Source: Toensbergia leucococca | Lineage: Eukaryota | Length of the DNA stretch: 64,000 nucleotides | Direction of reading: 5' to 3' | NCBI GenBank assembly: GCA_022813965.1 | Contig: JALDZS010000040.1 | Span: 62,001-126,000 of the forward strand | Part shown: positions 1 through 13,700 of the stretch, piece by piece | How the letters are laid out: the number at the start of each line of letters is the position of its first letter | Position numbering within the stretch: the stretch's first letter is position 1 | Translations under genes and position numbers: made by a program | The notes under the pieces: generated by a model | The model's database searches: none | The model's input: the letters and a program-made list of their open reading frames with translations, nothing else | What the model was told of the DNA's origin: nothing

Positions 1-299
1 AGCGAGTTGAAGGCTTGCGACCTGTATCTACTGGTTTACTTCCCTTTTCCTTCCAGTAGTGCGGTGTATGGCTCTGGACTTTGTATATTCTTTCTTTCTC
101 TCATTCTGTTGATTAGTTTTTTCCGAAGTGACTCGTTGGCATTCTGGGAGTTTTCTCTTTTTTTTTCTTTCTTTTTTTTGTTGTGTGTGTGAGGCACTGG
201 GTTCTGTTCTGTCTGTTCTAGGCGTTCAAATGAAGATTCCGTCCTCGAACTTTTATGTTTGTAAGGGTTCGTGGATAGATAGATAATAACACCCCCGCC

Positions 300-1000
300 G
301 TTCCTGATATCTTGTGCCTGATTCTTAGAGTCATGCTGTTCATATCTCTGCTTCTTACTCCCTCACCCCCTGCCCTCCCTCAGCTGATCCTTTGTTGTGT
401 TGTCTGATGATGAGCATGATATATTAGCGTGAGGTTAGTGGGATTTAGATTTAGATTTAGATTCAGATTTCCTCCTTTTTTTTGATAGAGGGGCAGGGGG
501 AAGTGAAGGTTGTGATTTTTTTTTCTGCCTTCTCTGTGAGGTTTGAGGGGGTTTGATTGTGATTTTTTTTTATCTTTTCTTTTGTTTTGAGACTTGTGAA
601 AGGAGGTTGATTGAGAGATGGATTTTTGAGTACTTAGGATTGTTCTTTTTTTAGCTCTGTGGTTTTGTGTGAAGGGGGCTTGAGGGTCTGTGAGATTGTG
701 GGGGGTTTTTTTGGGGGGGGGGGGGGGGGGGGGGGCTGGTTTTGATTGTGGCTTTTTTCTGTCTCTTCTTTTTTTGGCTTTTATGTTTTATCTGTTTTTC
801 TTTTTATCTTTTAGTATTTTCTTGGTTTTTTTTGGGAAAATCCTTTTGTTTATACTTGCTACCTATACTTTGTTATTAATCATCACAACAGTCTCAGTCT
901 CAGCAATCATAGCCTTGTAACACCTAGTCTTACATACAAACTCATTCTCACCCCTCATTCTCACCAACTTATGAGATAGAAAAGAGGTATGAGATTTTCT
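300..1000. other. CpG-depleted, low-complexity repeat/transposon relic
   Basis: Almost no CG dinucleotides, abundant TGA/TCA, T and G homopolymers, GATTTA repeats; no credible ORF. Confidence 0.4.
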
Positions 1001-2107
1001 TTCAAACCTGCTTTAAGATAGTGAACGGGATAAAAGACCAGTGTCTTGCATATCACTTTTTACGCTTAGATAATTTGACCCCTACAGCACCAACGCAGAA
1101 AAAGTCTACTAGCACCTCCTTCAGATCCCATTTCGTATACATCTCACGAGCCCCCTCCTATCATAAGAGTTAAAAAATTCATTCCGATGTCTCATTCCGA
1201 TTTCCCAATCCCTCCTCCCTTTCTCTACTCGGTCCCAACCCTCCCACCCGCTCAACCAGATTCCAAGGGTCAGTAATCGCACGAACCCGCTCCTTGATAC
1301 CGGCTTTTGGAACTCGAATTCAAAGACGAAAAGGGGGGAGTGATCGTGGAATATTGACCGCTTGTACAGAATACGTCGTGTGATGCTATGGTTACTTGAG
1401 TGTGGGAAAGGGGTAGGGTAGGGGAAGGGAGTGGTAAACTATACCGCTTTGCAGATAGGAAATGGCAGAGAAACGATGATGCCGCTGCAAACCGAGAAGC
1501 GGCTTAGGTGGTTTGAGAGAGGGATTTCGATTTAGAGTCTGAGCGGACGAGGGGGGTATTGAGTGAAAGGATACATCGGAAGAGAATCCTGCAAGGGACA
1601 AACACGGCTTGCTAGTATGTGTAAGAGCAAAGTCCGGCTGCGTTGTTGGGTAGCCTCCCTCCTAAGAAGATGAGAGTAACCCGTTCTGCTTTCTTGAGCA
1701 TGTGACGGCGTTTACGGGGATTCTGGCCTGCTCTTGGTGCGCTAATGGACATTTCTCAGAACTTGGATGCGAAGACGGGGTAACTGCGCTGAGTCCTTGA
1801 GAATGGCTGGCCCATATATAAGCTCCTCAGTTCGTGTGCCGCCTCCTGGAAATAAAGCGATCGAGGCCAGGACGGCCAATGATTTAGTGAGAGATCGTCA
1901 AGCAATCGACCGTCAGTTTATTTTACTCTTGGCCTCGGATGTTTGCCATATAGCACAACCGCGATTGCCCCTGTACGATATCGCAGACTTCCTCCTGCAA
2001 TGGCTTTGGCAGTAGAGATCGACAGAGTATACGAGCTCTCCAACATCAATCTCGGCCTTGAATTCCCAAGGCAACCTTTCTTCACATCCTCCAGCGTGGG
2101 CGAAATC

Positions 2108-3007
2108 TCAGGCCTCAAGCTCAAGAGAAAAGTTGCCAGAGCTCAATTCCTGCCTCCGTCTCTCTTCCGCTTGCAATTCGTACCTTTCTTCTATCGCTTC
2201 CAACTCACGCCGCTCTGCGACCTCTAGTTCGGCTTTCTGCTGGAGATATGGTTGGGAGTCATCAATCGAGGCATTGTCGTGTGAGGGTACTGTTTCGACA
2301 CCTTTTTGAATCGAGCGGTTTTGCTGGACACGCCTACGCCAAAAGAACATTCCTAGGGTGCATAGTGTCATGAAAGCAGCTGAAACACCGACACTAATAC
2401 CAATCGTGGCGCCTGTATCGAGGTTGGCGGAATGTATATGTGAGGAAGCAGATGACGACGAGATGGAGGCATTCGCAATGGCTGAAGTGTTGTTTGTGGG
2501 CGTCGTGTTGGTGGGTTGAGGTACCAATTCAATGCTCGTCGTCGCGATTAAGGGAGTGATGGGTGGAGTAAAATGATCACATGTACCTCCTCCAGAATAG
2601 CTCACAATCTGTGATGCTGCAGTCTCAAAAAATAGAGTGTCATCGACCCCAGACGGCTTCACGATGGAGCTTGGCGGATTCAAAACAGTTGCGGGACCAG
2701 CGGAGGTGGTGCAAGATCCACTTGACAGGCCGGTATTGATGGTTGAGTATGCTGAGAATACAACATAGACGGTTGGTGAGGTCCTAGTAACAATTTAGTC
2801 TGCATGAATGAAAGGGTTCAGGCTCTGAGATTGAACATACATTATGAGCCCAGGTTGCTCTGACAATGTTATGGTCGCTAAATCTGCGCCTAAGTAACAG
2901 CCATTACAAACATCTAGGGTGGCAATGGCGGTTGTTTGAAATACTTCCGAGTCACTGACATTCGGGAGTCCCGTACGAGTTTGGCTAACGAGTATATCAG
3001 AAGACAT
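2108..3007 (-). CDS. Ser/Thr-rich single-pass membrane protein (Mid2/Wsc-like tail), 2+ exons
   Basis: Thr/Ser-rich stalk, TM GATIGISVGVSAAFMTLCTLGMFFW followed by RRR, cytosolic AELE/ELEA repeats; probable GTATGT..CTAAA..TAG intron near 2840-2784. True start uncertain. Confidence 0.6.
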
Positions 3008-3581
3008 GGTATTAGTAGTAGTGCAAGTCAGGATATGAACAGCTTGACGAGAAAGAAACAAATGATATGCGTAGCGTTTAGATAATTTAGTTGAACATCA
3101 TCAGACAGTAAATGAAAGTGAGCTGGACCAGGACGGTTCTTATCTTCTAGAATGTGGGTAGGTAGCCGGCGAATTCCCATGGCGCCTGCAGGACTCTCAA
3201 ACACCTGCAAGCCCCTGACAGCCTTGCTTCATATCTTCATATCTTCAAGAGAGCGAGACATTACCTACTGGGCTTACCACTTCAGTAAAAGATCCATCTT
3301 CTTGATACTTCAGCAAAATTTCTGACTTGATCTTCACGAGAGCGTACACTTGGCGAGGCATTTCCATTGTACTTAGCCTTGCGGCTACGACCTCGACCGC
3401 TCGTCATACCTACCGCATGTCGCTCACCCACACGTAAAGTCATAATCTCTATAGACCAGCTCACAAGCCTCCTTGGTCGGCTCACCCTGATAATACAGTA
3501 GCCACGGACCGGTCTCTCCGGCCGGCGTACTCTCATTCTTCTGCTCCAGAAAGGTATAATATCCCACCGCCTACTCATGTA

Positions 3582-4078
3582 TCAGCACCGAACACATTCT
3601 CTCAGCTCTCTTCTTAGTAATTCCGAAGTACTGACCTCCATGCCTCCCTTTCCCAACGCAAAGGCAGCATCATAAGGCCCATTGGCGCTAAATCCCAGCC
3701 CCTTCCACACAATCGACCCATTCACCGCCACATATGTTCCTCCATACAGCAATGCTCCTTTCTCGTTATATTGCGATTGGCCTGAGTCGGCGCTTTGGGC
3801 TATTACTGGAATTATGTTCCAAGTGTTTAGTTCGAAGGCTTTTACTTTGAAATCGCAAAAGGTGATTGTCTCGTTAAAGTTGGAGCCGTAAACGCCCTGA
3901 AAGGAACGTACGGTGAGCGGGACACTGGTGTGGTAGGCGAGGGTGTTGGGGAGGGGACAGAATTGAGCTAGGGCGGGAAGGAGGAGGGCCAAGAGGATCA
4001 GGAAGAGCTGGTTGGCGGTGTCTTGTTAGCTTATGGAAGGGAGATTCAAAAAGGGTTGGAAACCCTTACGGAGAACAT
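3582..4078 (-). CDS. Small secreted protein (~145 aa), intron after codon 3
   Basis: ATG TTC TCC|GTAAGG..GCTAAC..CAG| joins to LFLILLALLLPALAQ signal peptide and ORF 3582-3992. The 3' end may include another short intron. Confidence 0.6.
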
Positions 4079-5239
4079 GGTCTTGTTTGTCTCAATTAGC
4101 TTGTCGAATTTGACAACGTCGTCGACTCCCGAATTCAAATATCGATGTCTTCATTTTGTCAAAGTCCTGTGCTCCTTGCACCTGCTTGTTAAGGCATAGC
4201 ATAGCTGCCTAGGTGCTGCACGATCAGCTGCCTAGGTACATAGCTCGGCCTGGGGTGATATTAGTAAGACATGCACAAAACATCACAATGCTGGGGAATT
4301 GAAGGTGGCAATTGCTGAACTCAGTATTATTGTATAGTTCTAAATGTAAATAGAGTGAACTATGGGACTTATGTTACGCAATTGTTGGCTGGAAACCCAT
4401 TGAAGGTTTGACAGCGGAGGTATTCTAGCCAATAGCAGCCCAGAGTTCAAGCAGCCACAGAGTCTCCCGGCTCCCCGGAACGCGACAATCCGATCCCGTG
4501 ATATTCTATCCGTATCCGTATACTAGTTATGCTTCCAATTTCAGTTTTCCAAATCCCATATTCTATCCACGACACCTTTCTTTTCCGTAACCATGTTGAA
4601 CAATCTCTTGACTGGCATTGAGCCGACTATTGAGAACCCCATGACTGCTTCTTCTACGCCAGAGGTCTCGACGGCATGCCGCATGCCGACACGTCAAATG
4701 GAGCTTAGACTTCATTGACTGTTGAAAGGGCCTTGCTAGATTCAACATTGACCCACTTCCTGTAAATTACATGTACAAAAAGAGCAATGGGACCGACATA
4801 TCTTTGTCTCTAAGAGGGAAAACAGTCGGATATGCCTGCCAGGCTATTACGCAATAGATATTGGAAAACCAGAAACCCTGTCTTTCCAGCCATGAGAGGA
4901 CGCTGCCAAAGTCTTGTGGCTGACTGAAGAGCTTGCTCTACATCTAGAATAACATACCGGTACTCGTCTGTTTAGGTGAGCACCAAATTGCTTCCATCTG
5001 ATTGTCACTGTCGCTGGACTTGATTTTAGGATCAGGAGTCTCACATTCATCTTTCATACATCATTCTCACTAAAGAATTCTCTGTCCCTTACAGTCGTTA
5101 CTCCCAGACGCATTTTAACCGCACAGACGTCTTCTTTGCACTCCTACCCGCTACATTTTGCCACACAAACCATAGTCGGACGCTTCCAATATTGTATTAC
5201 AGTCCTGATTCTCTGCCATTACCAACGCTGCCTCTCACC

Positions 5240-6406
5240 ATGTCATGGAACAAGACCCGTGTCAATGACTGGGAATCCTCCTTAAAGGTCCCATCAGAGC
5301 CTGCCAGCAAGAGTTCCATTGCCGTAACATGGCGTTGCATGGAAGCTAAATATTTGCTTGATCTATTCTTTGTCACTCCAGATGGAGCCATCCAGTGGCG
5401 AGGGATAATCGGCGAAGACTCGCGTGGGGGATATCAGATTGCCGGGCCTGGAAGTGCTTCTCCCGAAGGCGGTATTGCCAGCGTCAGTCGAACCAATAAT
5501 CACGTCGAAGTTTGGTGGATAGGACCTAGGGGATCGGTGGAGAGTGCACATTTGTACGAAGGCGCTGTATGGTGGAAGAAAAGTACTCTTGCAGAAGCAG
5601 GTTCGGCAGCCTTGGCATCGCCAGTCGCTGCCCTCTCGCCCTTTGAGTCCAAGATGGAGGTTTGGTGGATTAGCCCAACGGGTCGTGTGGAAGGTTCCTC
5701 TTATGATACGGCCGCCTCAAAGTGGTCTCCCTATCACTTGACTGCAGATCACCGAGCGAACTATGCTTCGGGCTTGGTCGTAGTCTCCATTGATCTCCCT
5801 CGTGCACCAGACAGCGATGATTCATCATGTCCGAGAAACTTGCAACATCTCTTTTGGGTGTCCCCGTCTGGTATCGTTGAAAGTGCATACCGAATCACCG
5901 GCCTTAAAGAGGAATGGACTCAAATGATAGTCCCTGGTTCTCAAGCTACGTCTAGTCGATATAGCATCAGCGCTATTAATACAGAAGATCATCGAAGGAT
6001 CTCGCTTTTCTGCGTATGGCCTGATGGAACTATCGCCGAGCACCGTGGGCAACTGATCCTCGAATTCATGGACAAGAACACGTACCGAATGGAGTGGACC
6101 CAACCAACTATCTCCAGTGGCAAGCTCGCTCACCCTCACGGCAGCATCACCTGTGTATCGAGAGAAAATGGAGTGTACGATGTCTTCTGGATCACGCCCG
6201 CGCGTGGGATTGATGGGATACATGTCTCCAAGGATGACATGCGCAGCAAATATTCGTATTCCAGTGCTAACAGCGTGACGCCCTCTGGATGCATGCTGGC
6301 CAGGAACCATCACTCGGACTTCCACGCCTATCTATGGGCTACATCGAGTGATGGTATTGACGGAACGCTTTTGATGGGAGAGGTGAAGCCTCCAATGCTC
6401 GAGTAA
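5240..6406 (+). CDS. Fungal fucose-specific lectin-like beta-propeller protein
   Basis: About 6 repeats of type IASVSR..HVEVWWIGPRGSV / VAALSP..MEVWWISPTGRV / ITCVSR..YDVFWITP..GI; intronless; no signal peptide; ATG 5240. Confidence 0.7.
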   Translation: MSWNKTRVNDWESSLKVPSEPASKSSIAVTWRCMEAKYLLDLFFVTPDGAIQWRGIIGEDSRGGYQIAGPGSASPEGGIASVSRTNNHVEVWWIGPRGSVESAHLYEGAVWWKKSTLAEAGSAALASPVAALSPFESKMEVWWISPTGRVEGSSYDTAASKWSPYHLTADHRANYASGLVVVSIDLPRAPDSDDSSCPRNLQHLFWVSPSGIVESAYRITGLKEEWTQMIVPGSQATSSRYSISAINTEDHRRISLFCVWPDGTIAEHRGQLILEFMDKNTYRMEWTQPTISSGKLAHPHGSITCVSRENGVYDVFWITPARGIDGIHVSKDDMRSKYSYSSANSVTPSGCMLARNHHSDFHAYLWATSSDGIDGTLLMGEVKPPMLE

Positions 6407-7369
6407 GTAGACGGTACGCGATGCTTATTTCCAATTGCTGACTGTATCGTAGCACTGTTGAAAAGATGGACTGATTAAATGGAAGGTGAAGGCGAAGCCT
6501 GTATTTCGCTAATCTCGAAAAGTCACCAAGATTGTGCTTCTCTAAGCAGGTGTGATTGTTTCTTGTAGTACTCATCGATTTCACATCAAGCAATCGGCGA
6601 TTGTTTTTTCACCCCCTTGATTAAACCTGAACAGCTAGCCGAGTACGGGGCAACCAATTCAGGCTTTTCTGTGCTGCATCCTCCCAGTACAGGGAGCTAG
6701 AAAAGCCGTCTTCCCCCCTGCTTCCATTGTGCTCCCACTGAACTATTGAGGCTGAAACAGACATTTTAGAGGGCGGTTATTTCTCAACGTGCATACTGAT
6801 TGTGGAATTTGATGTGATTTGATGGAGTTTAGACCGTGCATTTTACTCGAGTGCCGAGCCCTCGGATGGATCCTTCAGCCTCGTACGCCGTAATTAATAT
6901 ATGCATGAAATACACGAACGATGGACATTCATGAAACATGACTACAGTAAGTCAAGAGGCACAATTCATATACAATTGGTTCACTACAAGGCTGAAGCCT
7001 GCATTGCGGCTTTCAGAATGCACCGCCCCCACGTGTCTGTCTCAATCTAGACTGACATATCGCATTCTCGGGTCGCCATGCTTTCCTCACTGCCTCGCTG
7101 GCCAATTTGGCCATCGTGAGCCTTACTGGTGGTGTGCAATGCTTCTTCAAGCCGCTAACTAGTCAGAGCATCGCACAGACAAACATAGACTCGATACTGA
7201 TAAGGCTAACGCCTTTTCACTTTCTTCCGTCAGTATGATTATTAGAAGCTTCGATCTCTCTCTTATTTTTATTGAAGCCTAAGCTACATTCTTGCTCGTT
7301 CTAGCTGTTGTTGAACGATCGTGAAAAGTACAACTCGGGCATTGAATTTGCCACTCCTCGCTCAAAGCT

Positions 7370-8804
7370 ATGCATTTGAACATAATTCTCTTCCTGTCGG
7401 CAACTGCGCTCACGCCATGCGTCTCTGCGTATAGAGAACCGAAAGGTATTGCTCTCTACCAGAGAGACGTCACTCAGTCAGCTACACTATCAGCAGCAGC
7501 GACCAGCACTACTGCTCCAGCATCGACGACTTCCTCGCCCCCAAATGAGTTTACCGATTCCTTCAATATCATTCTCGATGGGCAGATTTTCCCCCCTAGC
7601 GTACACATAGAGGACGCGAACTCAACCGCGTAAGTCAGAGAAGTCAGCTTCTTATTGGGAACTAAGGTGTTCAAAAATCTCTCAGAATCACTGATTTTAC
7701 CATCGACTGCATTAACTGCGCAATCACTGGTAACGTTAGCCTTTCTGGCGGCGGCGAAATCCTGCTCGACGATATCAAGCCTCCCCCTGATGTCCTGGAA
7801 ATCCCCTCCGATTTTGACTTCAAAGACCACTGGGTTGCTGCTACATTTGACAACTTTGATGCCGTTTTTGAATTAAGCATTGACTTGAACGCATCCTCCC
7901 CTCACAATGAAATCAATGTGCCGATTCCATTTACAAAGACATTGTCGAGAACAGTACGCCTCTTGCTGAAGCCTCAAGAAAAGTATCTCGACTTATTCTA
8001 AATAGATCGGCATTCTCACACTCTCGGCTACTTTGGATACAGAAATTCATGGATGGGTCAATACTACGAATAATGTCAGCCTCACCTACGGCTTTAATTT
8101 ATCAGTAAGAAATGAAGTGTGTATACTTTAATGAGCACATGAGTTGACCATTAAACAGGTTCCACCTGGATCCGAAATAATTGTTGATCTTAGTCATATT
8201 GAGAACTCCACATCTCTTGGATTGTAAGCCACCCCAGTGACACGGCCAGCATTCCGTACAGCCTGACAATAGCTACAGCAACCAATCAACCCTGACCCCA
8301 ACTCCTTTCAATTCAACCCGTGGCGACCTTGACATCGACTTCGAGCTCTCCTTCCGTCCATCAGTCATATTTGTCGTAGCCATCGACGCAGTCGTCGCTG
8401 GCGCCTCCGTCCAACTCACTGTTGATCTCGACATTCCCAAACTCGACGTCACGATCGGGCAAGTCCATAACGTGACCTCCAAGTGCGATCCCGCACCGGC
8501 ATCCGCACCCGCAAATCAAGTCTTCCGGAATTTAACCCTCCTCGTGCCATCGATTGGGTTCGACGCCATAGAGATTTTCAATGAGACGGCCTACTTCCTG
8601 GGCGCCGACCTGTCGAGCGCCCAGCATTTCGAGCAGAATGAGTCTACTAATCTCGCAACGGCTTGCTATTACTATGACGCGGCCAAGAAGACCCTAGGCC
8701 CGGCGGCCGCGATCAAGCCGCCACTGTCGTTCGCTGCAGGGTTTCGTGTTCCGCTCACTATGGCTCTCTTGACAATGACTATGGTGGGGTTTATGCTGAT
8801 GTGA
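7370..8804 (+). CDS. Secreted, probably GPI-anchored cell-surface protein (multi-exon)
   Basis: Signal peptide MHLNIILFLSATAL, S/T-rich segment, several GTAAG/GTACG introns, hydrophobic C-terminus (PLTMALLTMTMVGFMLM). Confidence 0.65.
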
Positions 8805-9572
8805 TTGCTGGTTGTGTGGTATCATTAATGAGATTCAGGCAATTTTAGGACTCGTTCTGTCTAGTTTGGTGTTTGGTGATACCTGGGACGAAATTCATCT
8901 GTCATGTAAGACTTCTCGAAATGTTTCAAGGGATCATCGCTTTCTTTCCGAGTCTCACCAAGTCAAGGGTGTTGTTGAAAAGATAAGATTGAGTTTCTGT
9001 ACGTTTGTCTTGCGTGACATCGTCTGCGATGTATGAATATGTAATGGAGAGCTGCCTGGAAGTTTTTTTGCTACCTGAGAGTTTTTTTTCAAGCAACGGA
9101 AATGAATTGAAATATGTTTGCATATCCTCACATACCTAGTTCTGAACCGGCATTTTGCAAGGTCAGCACGCTAAAGTACATTCCAAAACACATCTATTCT
9201 CTGTTATAAAAGATTCAAGCCTTATAGCTCGTTCATAGTCTATAGGTCATTTGAAACCATGTCTTATAGTTCAGTAGAATCTTATATATCAGTGAGGTCT
9301 TCTTCAACTCTTATCAGCTGCGCAAAGTTATTCAGCCGCCTAGACGCTCCAACTCTGTGTTCTGCCTCTGGATACTCGGAAGCCGTTGTAGTTCGGCCTT
9401 GTGAAGACCATGGATACATTCTTGTGACACCTGCCTTCAAAGCCGGAATTATTACCGTGATTGCTCGGAACACATTTTCAAAGGACGGTGTGTCGGGTCC
9501 TTTGGTTCATGAACGGAACGCCGCATGATGTGGTCAATACTATCTAAGAGGAGAGTTCATCCCAGTCTGTCA

Positions 9573-10100
9573 CAAGGCTCTTGATGATTGATCGACTAAA
9601 TAGCTGACTATTAGTCTTTGGTAGTCAACTGTTAAATAGTGAATCTGATTCTTGATTTTGACAGTTGATTATTGGGTAGTTGATTATCAGTAGGACTAAT
9701 AGTCAACTGATTATTTTGATGATTCTTTGAGGTGTTTTTGGAATGGAAACACCCTAAATGGGCCTAATTTTAGCCTGAATAGGCTTAGGTTCATTCTGAA
9801 ATCTGAACTTTCACTCCATCATTTATTGTGGCTCGCGCCGATGACTGAATTCCGGAAACTTCAGGCGATCCTCACCAAGGATTTCCGTATTTCAGTTGTC
9901 GGCACAAGCGTGGCTACCAAATATTTGTCCATTTTCATCAATAACCATGGATAGTGATAGTGAGCATGGACTAATAGTCTTAATAGTCAGACTATTAGTC
10001 AACTGATTCTTGGTTCAGAATCGACTACCAACTACTGATTATGTTGTTAAATAGTCGATTCTACCCTCAGGACTAATAGTCTGGACTATCAAAAGCCTTG
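9573..10100. mobile_element. MITE-like element (528 bp) with CAAGGCTYTTGAT terminal inverted repeats
   Basis: Left end CAAGGCTCTTGAT, right end ATCAAAAGCCTTG; multiple subterminal GACTATTAGTC/GACTAATAGTC palindromes; diverged second copy at ~43845-44350. No clean TSD seen. Confidence 0.75.
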
Positions 10101-10781
10101 AAAGTCTTATGCGCATGATGTAATAAACGGTGAGGCCTTGAAGACAGAAGGTTTTGAGTGTGGTGGGATCTACATCCACTGACCGCTGGGGGCAAAGCCA
10201 GGCGTACGGTATGGCAGATAGTATGGGTAGCGTGAGCCCAGTAATGGGCCACAGCCAGCGTGTATGGCCTTGGAATGGACCTTCTGCGAGGTGGCCCCGA
10301 GCCTGTTAATGTTGGGACGTTACGAATATCTCTGAAGACTTGTCTCCAGTCAGTGCTCAGGGCGTTGTCTATAGAAAGAGGCCCAGGAATAAGACCGGAT
10401 ATGCATTGGTAATGATTTGTACCTGTCAGAATACCGTGTCACCTCTCAATAGCAGTTCCAGCCGAGCTACGTCGACAGCCAAGGCCCTCGTATCACCGCC
10501 TTTGAAGTCAATCATCCATTAAGCCTATGGGAACTCCACACTACCATTCCGACCTAGGTATTACGACATGTGTCACATACTGTCGAAGTTACGGCGCTAA
10601 TCAAGTATTCGCTGCCCTTGAATAACAGAGCGGAGGAGTTAGATTACACAGAATCACGTATGCAGGAAGCCTTATTGGTGAGCACGAGGCTGGACCTCAG
10701 CTTCACCCCTCATTCTTCCGTTGTTAAGCTTTCACTCTCTCGCCATCCTCCCTTTTCTTGCGTGTGTTGAGTTATCTAGTC

Positions 10782-13700
10782 ATGGCAAGTCCATACTCTT
10801 CACCTCCAATGACTATGTGGGAAAACGCCATTGCCACATACAAGAAGTCACTAACGACAAAGGATCTACAACAACTCCAAGTTCCAACCTCGCCCCAAGA
10901 TCTTGTGGCTTATATTGCGGGTTGGGAGCAAAAGCGGAAGAAAAGCAAATACACCAAAATTGCGGCTGTACTTCAGGCTTGCACCAGCCGTATCGAGAGG
11001 TTCAGTGCAGTCATAGATCAACTGGCACAGGGGTGCCCGCAGCCTGCTTGCCTGCTGTGGGGGAGTATCAAGTTCGTCCTGACTGTAAGTAGTTCGGCCG
11101 GTTCCTCATATGTCAATATTTCATTTCTCGACTTTCTCCCGAGCCCTAGGGTAGATCACTCCCTCTGACATGCTGGAACTTCAACTGTGCTCATGAGATT
11201 GTCTTCTCATGACTATGGTTAGAGATGTTCATTTTCTCATACTTGGCCTCATTCATCCTTGATGGTCTATTCTTTGTTATTTCGGGAGATTAGACAGACC
11301 TGTCAATCCGTTCTCTAGCAACAGCGTACTGTTTAGGGGACCCTTCGGCACTGATACAGATATCTGCAGATTGTACGTGATGTGGCCGAGGAACATGAAC
11401 AATTGTGTAAAGTATTGCTACGTATAGTCGATTGTCTGCCAAGGATCGAGCTTTACACGGAAACCTTTCTAGAATCTAGTATCATACAGGATTGCGTAGA
11501 CGCTTTCTTTGTGTCAATTATCCGTTTCTGGGCAAGAGCCTGTAAATTTTATTGCCGTCGTCGTGGGCAAATCTTAAAGGGGGTATGGAACGACTTTGAT
11601 GCCGAGTTTGGTGAGCTTGACTTTGAGATGGCGCGACAACAAGAACGAGTTGAAAGTGCTGCACTGGCAGAACATATCGGAGAATCCAAAGTCGCAAGAA
11701 CCGAACAACGTCAAATTGGCCGGAAGCTTATAGAAGCTCAAGTGTCTAGCCGCCAGAAAGAAATCATCTCTTGGCTTGCTCCGAGTGCTTACGACGTTCA
11801 CTACTACAAGCAGGATCTGCTATCGGCAGCGGCTTCGCGCCACTCTGGGACTTGTTGTTGGGTACTGAACAAAGAGGAATTTCGAGGATGGTCCAGTCCC
11901 CAGGAATGGCAAGGATCAGTCTTGTGGATATATGCCAAACCAGGGGCAGGCAAAACAATCCTATCTTCGTATTTGATAGATCATTATAGATCCAGCGACA
12001 CCTCCAGAGCAAGGCACGGTTCTGTACTTCTTTTGTAAAGATACTGACGCCGATAAGAATACCTCCGTAGCAGTCTTTCGATCGCTGGTGTATCAACTAT
12101 ATTGCGCCAGTACTCAAGATCCTCAATCAACTGCCGTTGCGCTAGAACGTGCTTCGGACGAATCCGGCCAAAAAAGAGCGATGGACTTTGGAGTCCTTTC
12201 GAAAATATTTGCTGATAATGTTCGTCAAGTGCCGCAAGTCACAATCATTGTTGACGCTCTGGACGAATGCCAGGACTCAAAATCTTTGGTAAAAACTGTC
12301 ACTGAGCTTTCTCGCACAAGCAAAGTCAAGGTCATTCTGACAAGTAGACGGGAGAAACATATCGTCAAGCAGCTGGAGAGCTCAAGGTCTTTTGAAATCG
12401 GATCTCAAGACGTGGATGAAGATATCAGAGCATTCGTTGAATGGAAGGTAAAAAAAATCGCCGGCTCTCTAATCCTCTTATTCGTGAACACGTCGTACAG
12501 AAACTATCCGACTCTCATGGAGGGATGTTCCTATGGGTTTCTCTCATGCTTAAAGAACTCAAGTCGTGCGTTTCAGTAATCGATGTACAAGAGGCAATGA
12601 ACACCCTACCGGACGGCATATCAGAGTTGTATACAAAGATCCTTCAAAGACTCCATCGTGATCTCGGCCGTAATCCTTTCGAGCTCTGTAAGAGGATTCT
12701 TATGTGGGTCGTTACAGCGCTGCGACCACTTTCAATCACAGAACTTCACACCGCCCTTGCTGTGCATTGCCAACTTGAACAAAGCACGCTGCTTCCGAGA
12801 GACCAAGTGCTTTTATATTCCGAGCGAGAGATTGAGCTAGTGTGCGGTTCATTGGTTTCGATTCGAGATGGACGCATACAGATTGTACATCTGTCCGTCA
12901 AGGAATTCCTCCAAAGAGGGCAGAGTACCGAAGGATTAGCCCGTCCCTATTCGGAACTTCTTGTCGATCCAAATAAAGCCAGTCATCAATTGACCCTTTG
13001 CTGCTTGAGGTACATATCAATGAGCTGCAGGGAACACGGTATATACTTCGTTTCTGGCACCCGGCCTTCTGACCGGGGTATCAACACAGCCTCGCTGCGG
13101 AGACTACAGCATAAGTTTCCATTCACGAGATATGCTGCACTATCTTGGCTCACACACCTTGTTCATTGCGACATTGCCGCCTCCGGGGACATTGCTCGCG
13201 AATTGCGAAGGACCTACGAGTCTCCATGTACCTTTCACTGGCTTGAAATTTCTCTAGGTATTGAGCAGGCACTCCTAAGCCTATTCCTCGGCCTTGAAGA
13301 GCTCGACGATTGGGTTGACGATGCAATTACAGAATCTGAGAATATTTCTATCAGAGATGTGTATTTTCTTCAATCTTGGTGCACCGTAATGTTGCAAATA
13401 TTCCAAGTCTATGGGCTAGCAATTGAAATGCGCCTAAATGCTATACATACTTTAGATCTGAAGAATCTGTTTGAAGCAGAAGGGCTTCGAGGTATGTATG
13501 AAACCCACGGTAATTGTGCTGAACGAGAGGTCCATTCAGTCCTGGACGGATATGTTGCACCATTAGAGTCAGGAAGAAAGGCGCCAAAGAACAGGCAGCT
13601 TCAGAAAGTCCTGAACATACCAACATGGCGTGGCGTGGGCTTCTTCATCTATGACGATAGCCGTGACGCTTTTCTTTCGGCAGAGTTATGGACTCACGGA

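Noticed and set aside
7..920. Phe/Leu-rich ORFs
   Set aside because: Products of T-rich decayed repeat DNA and homopolymers.
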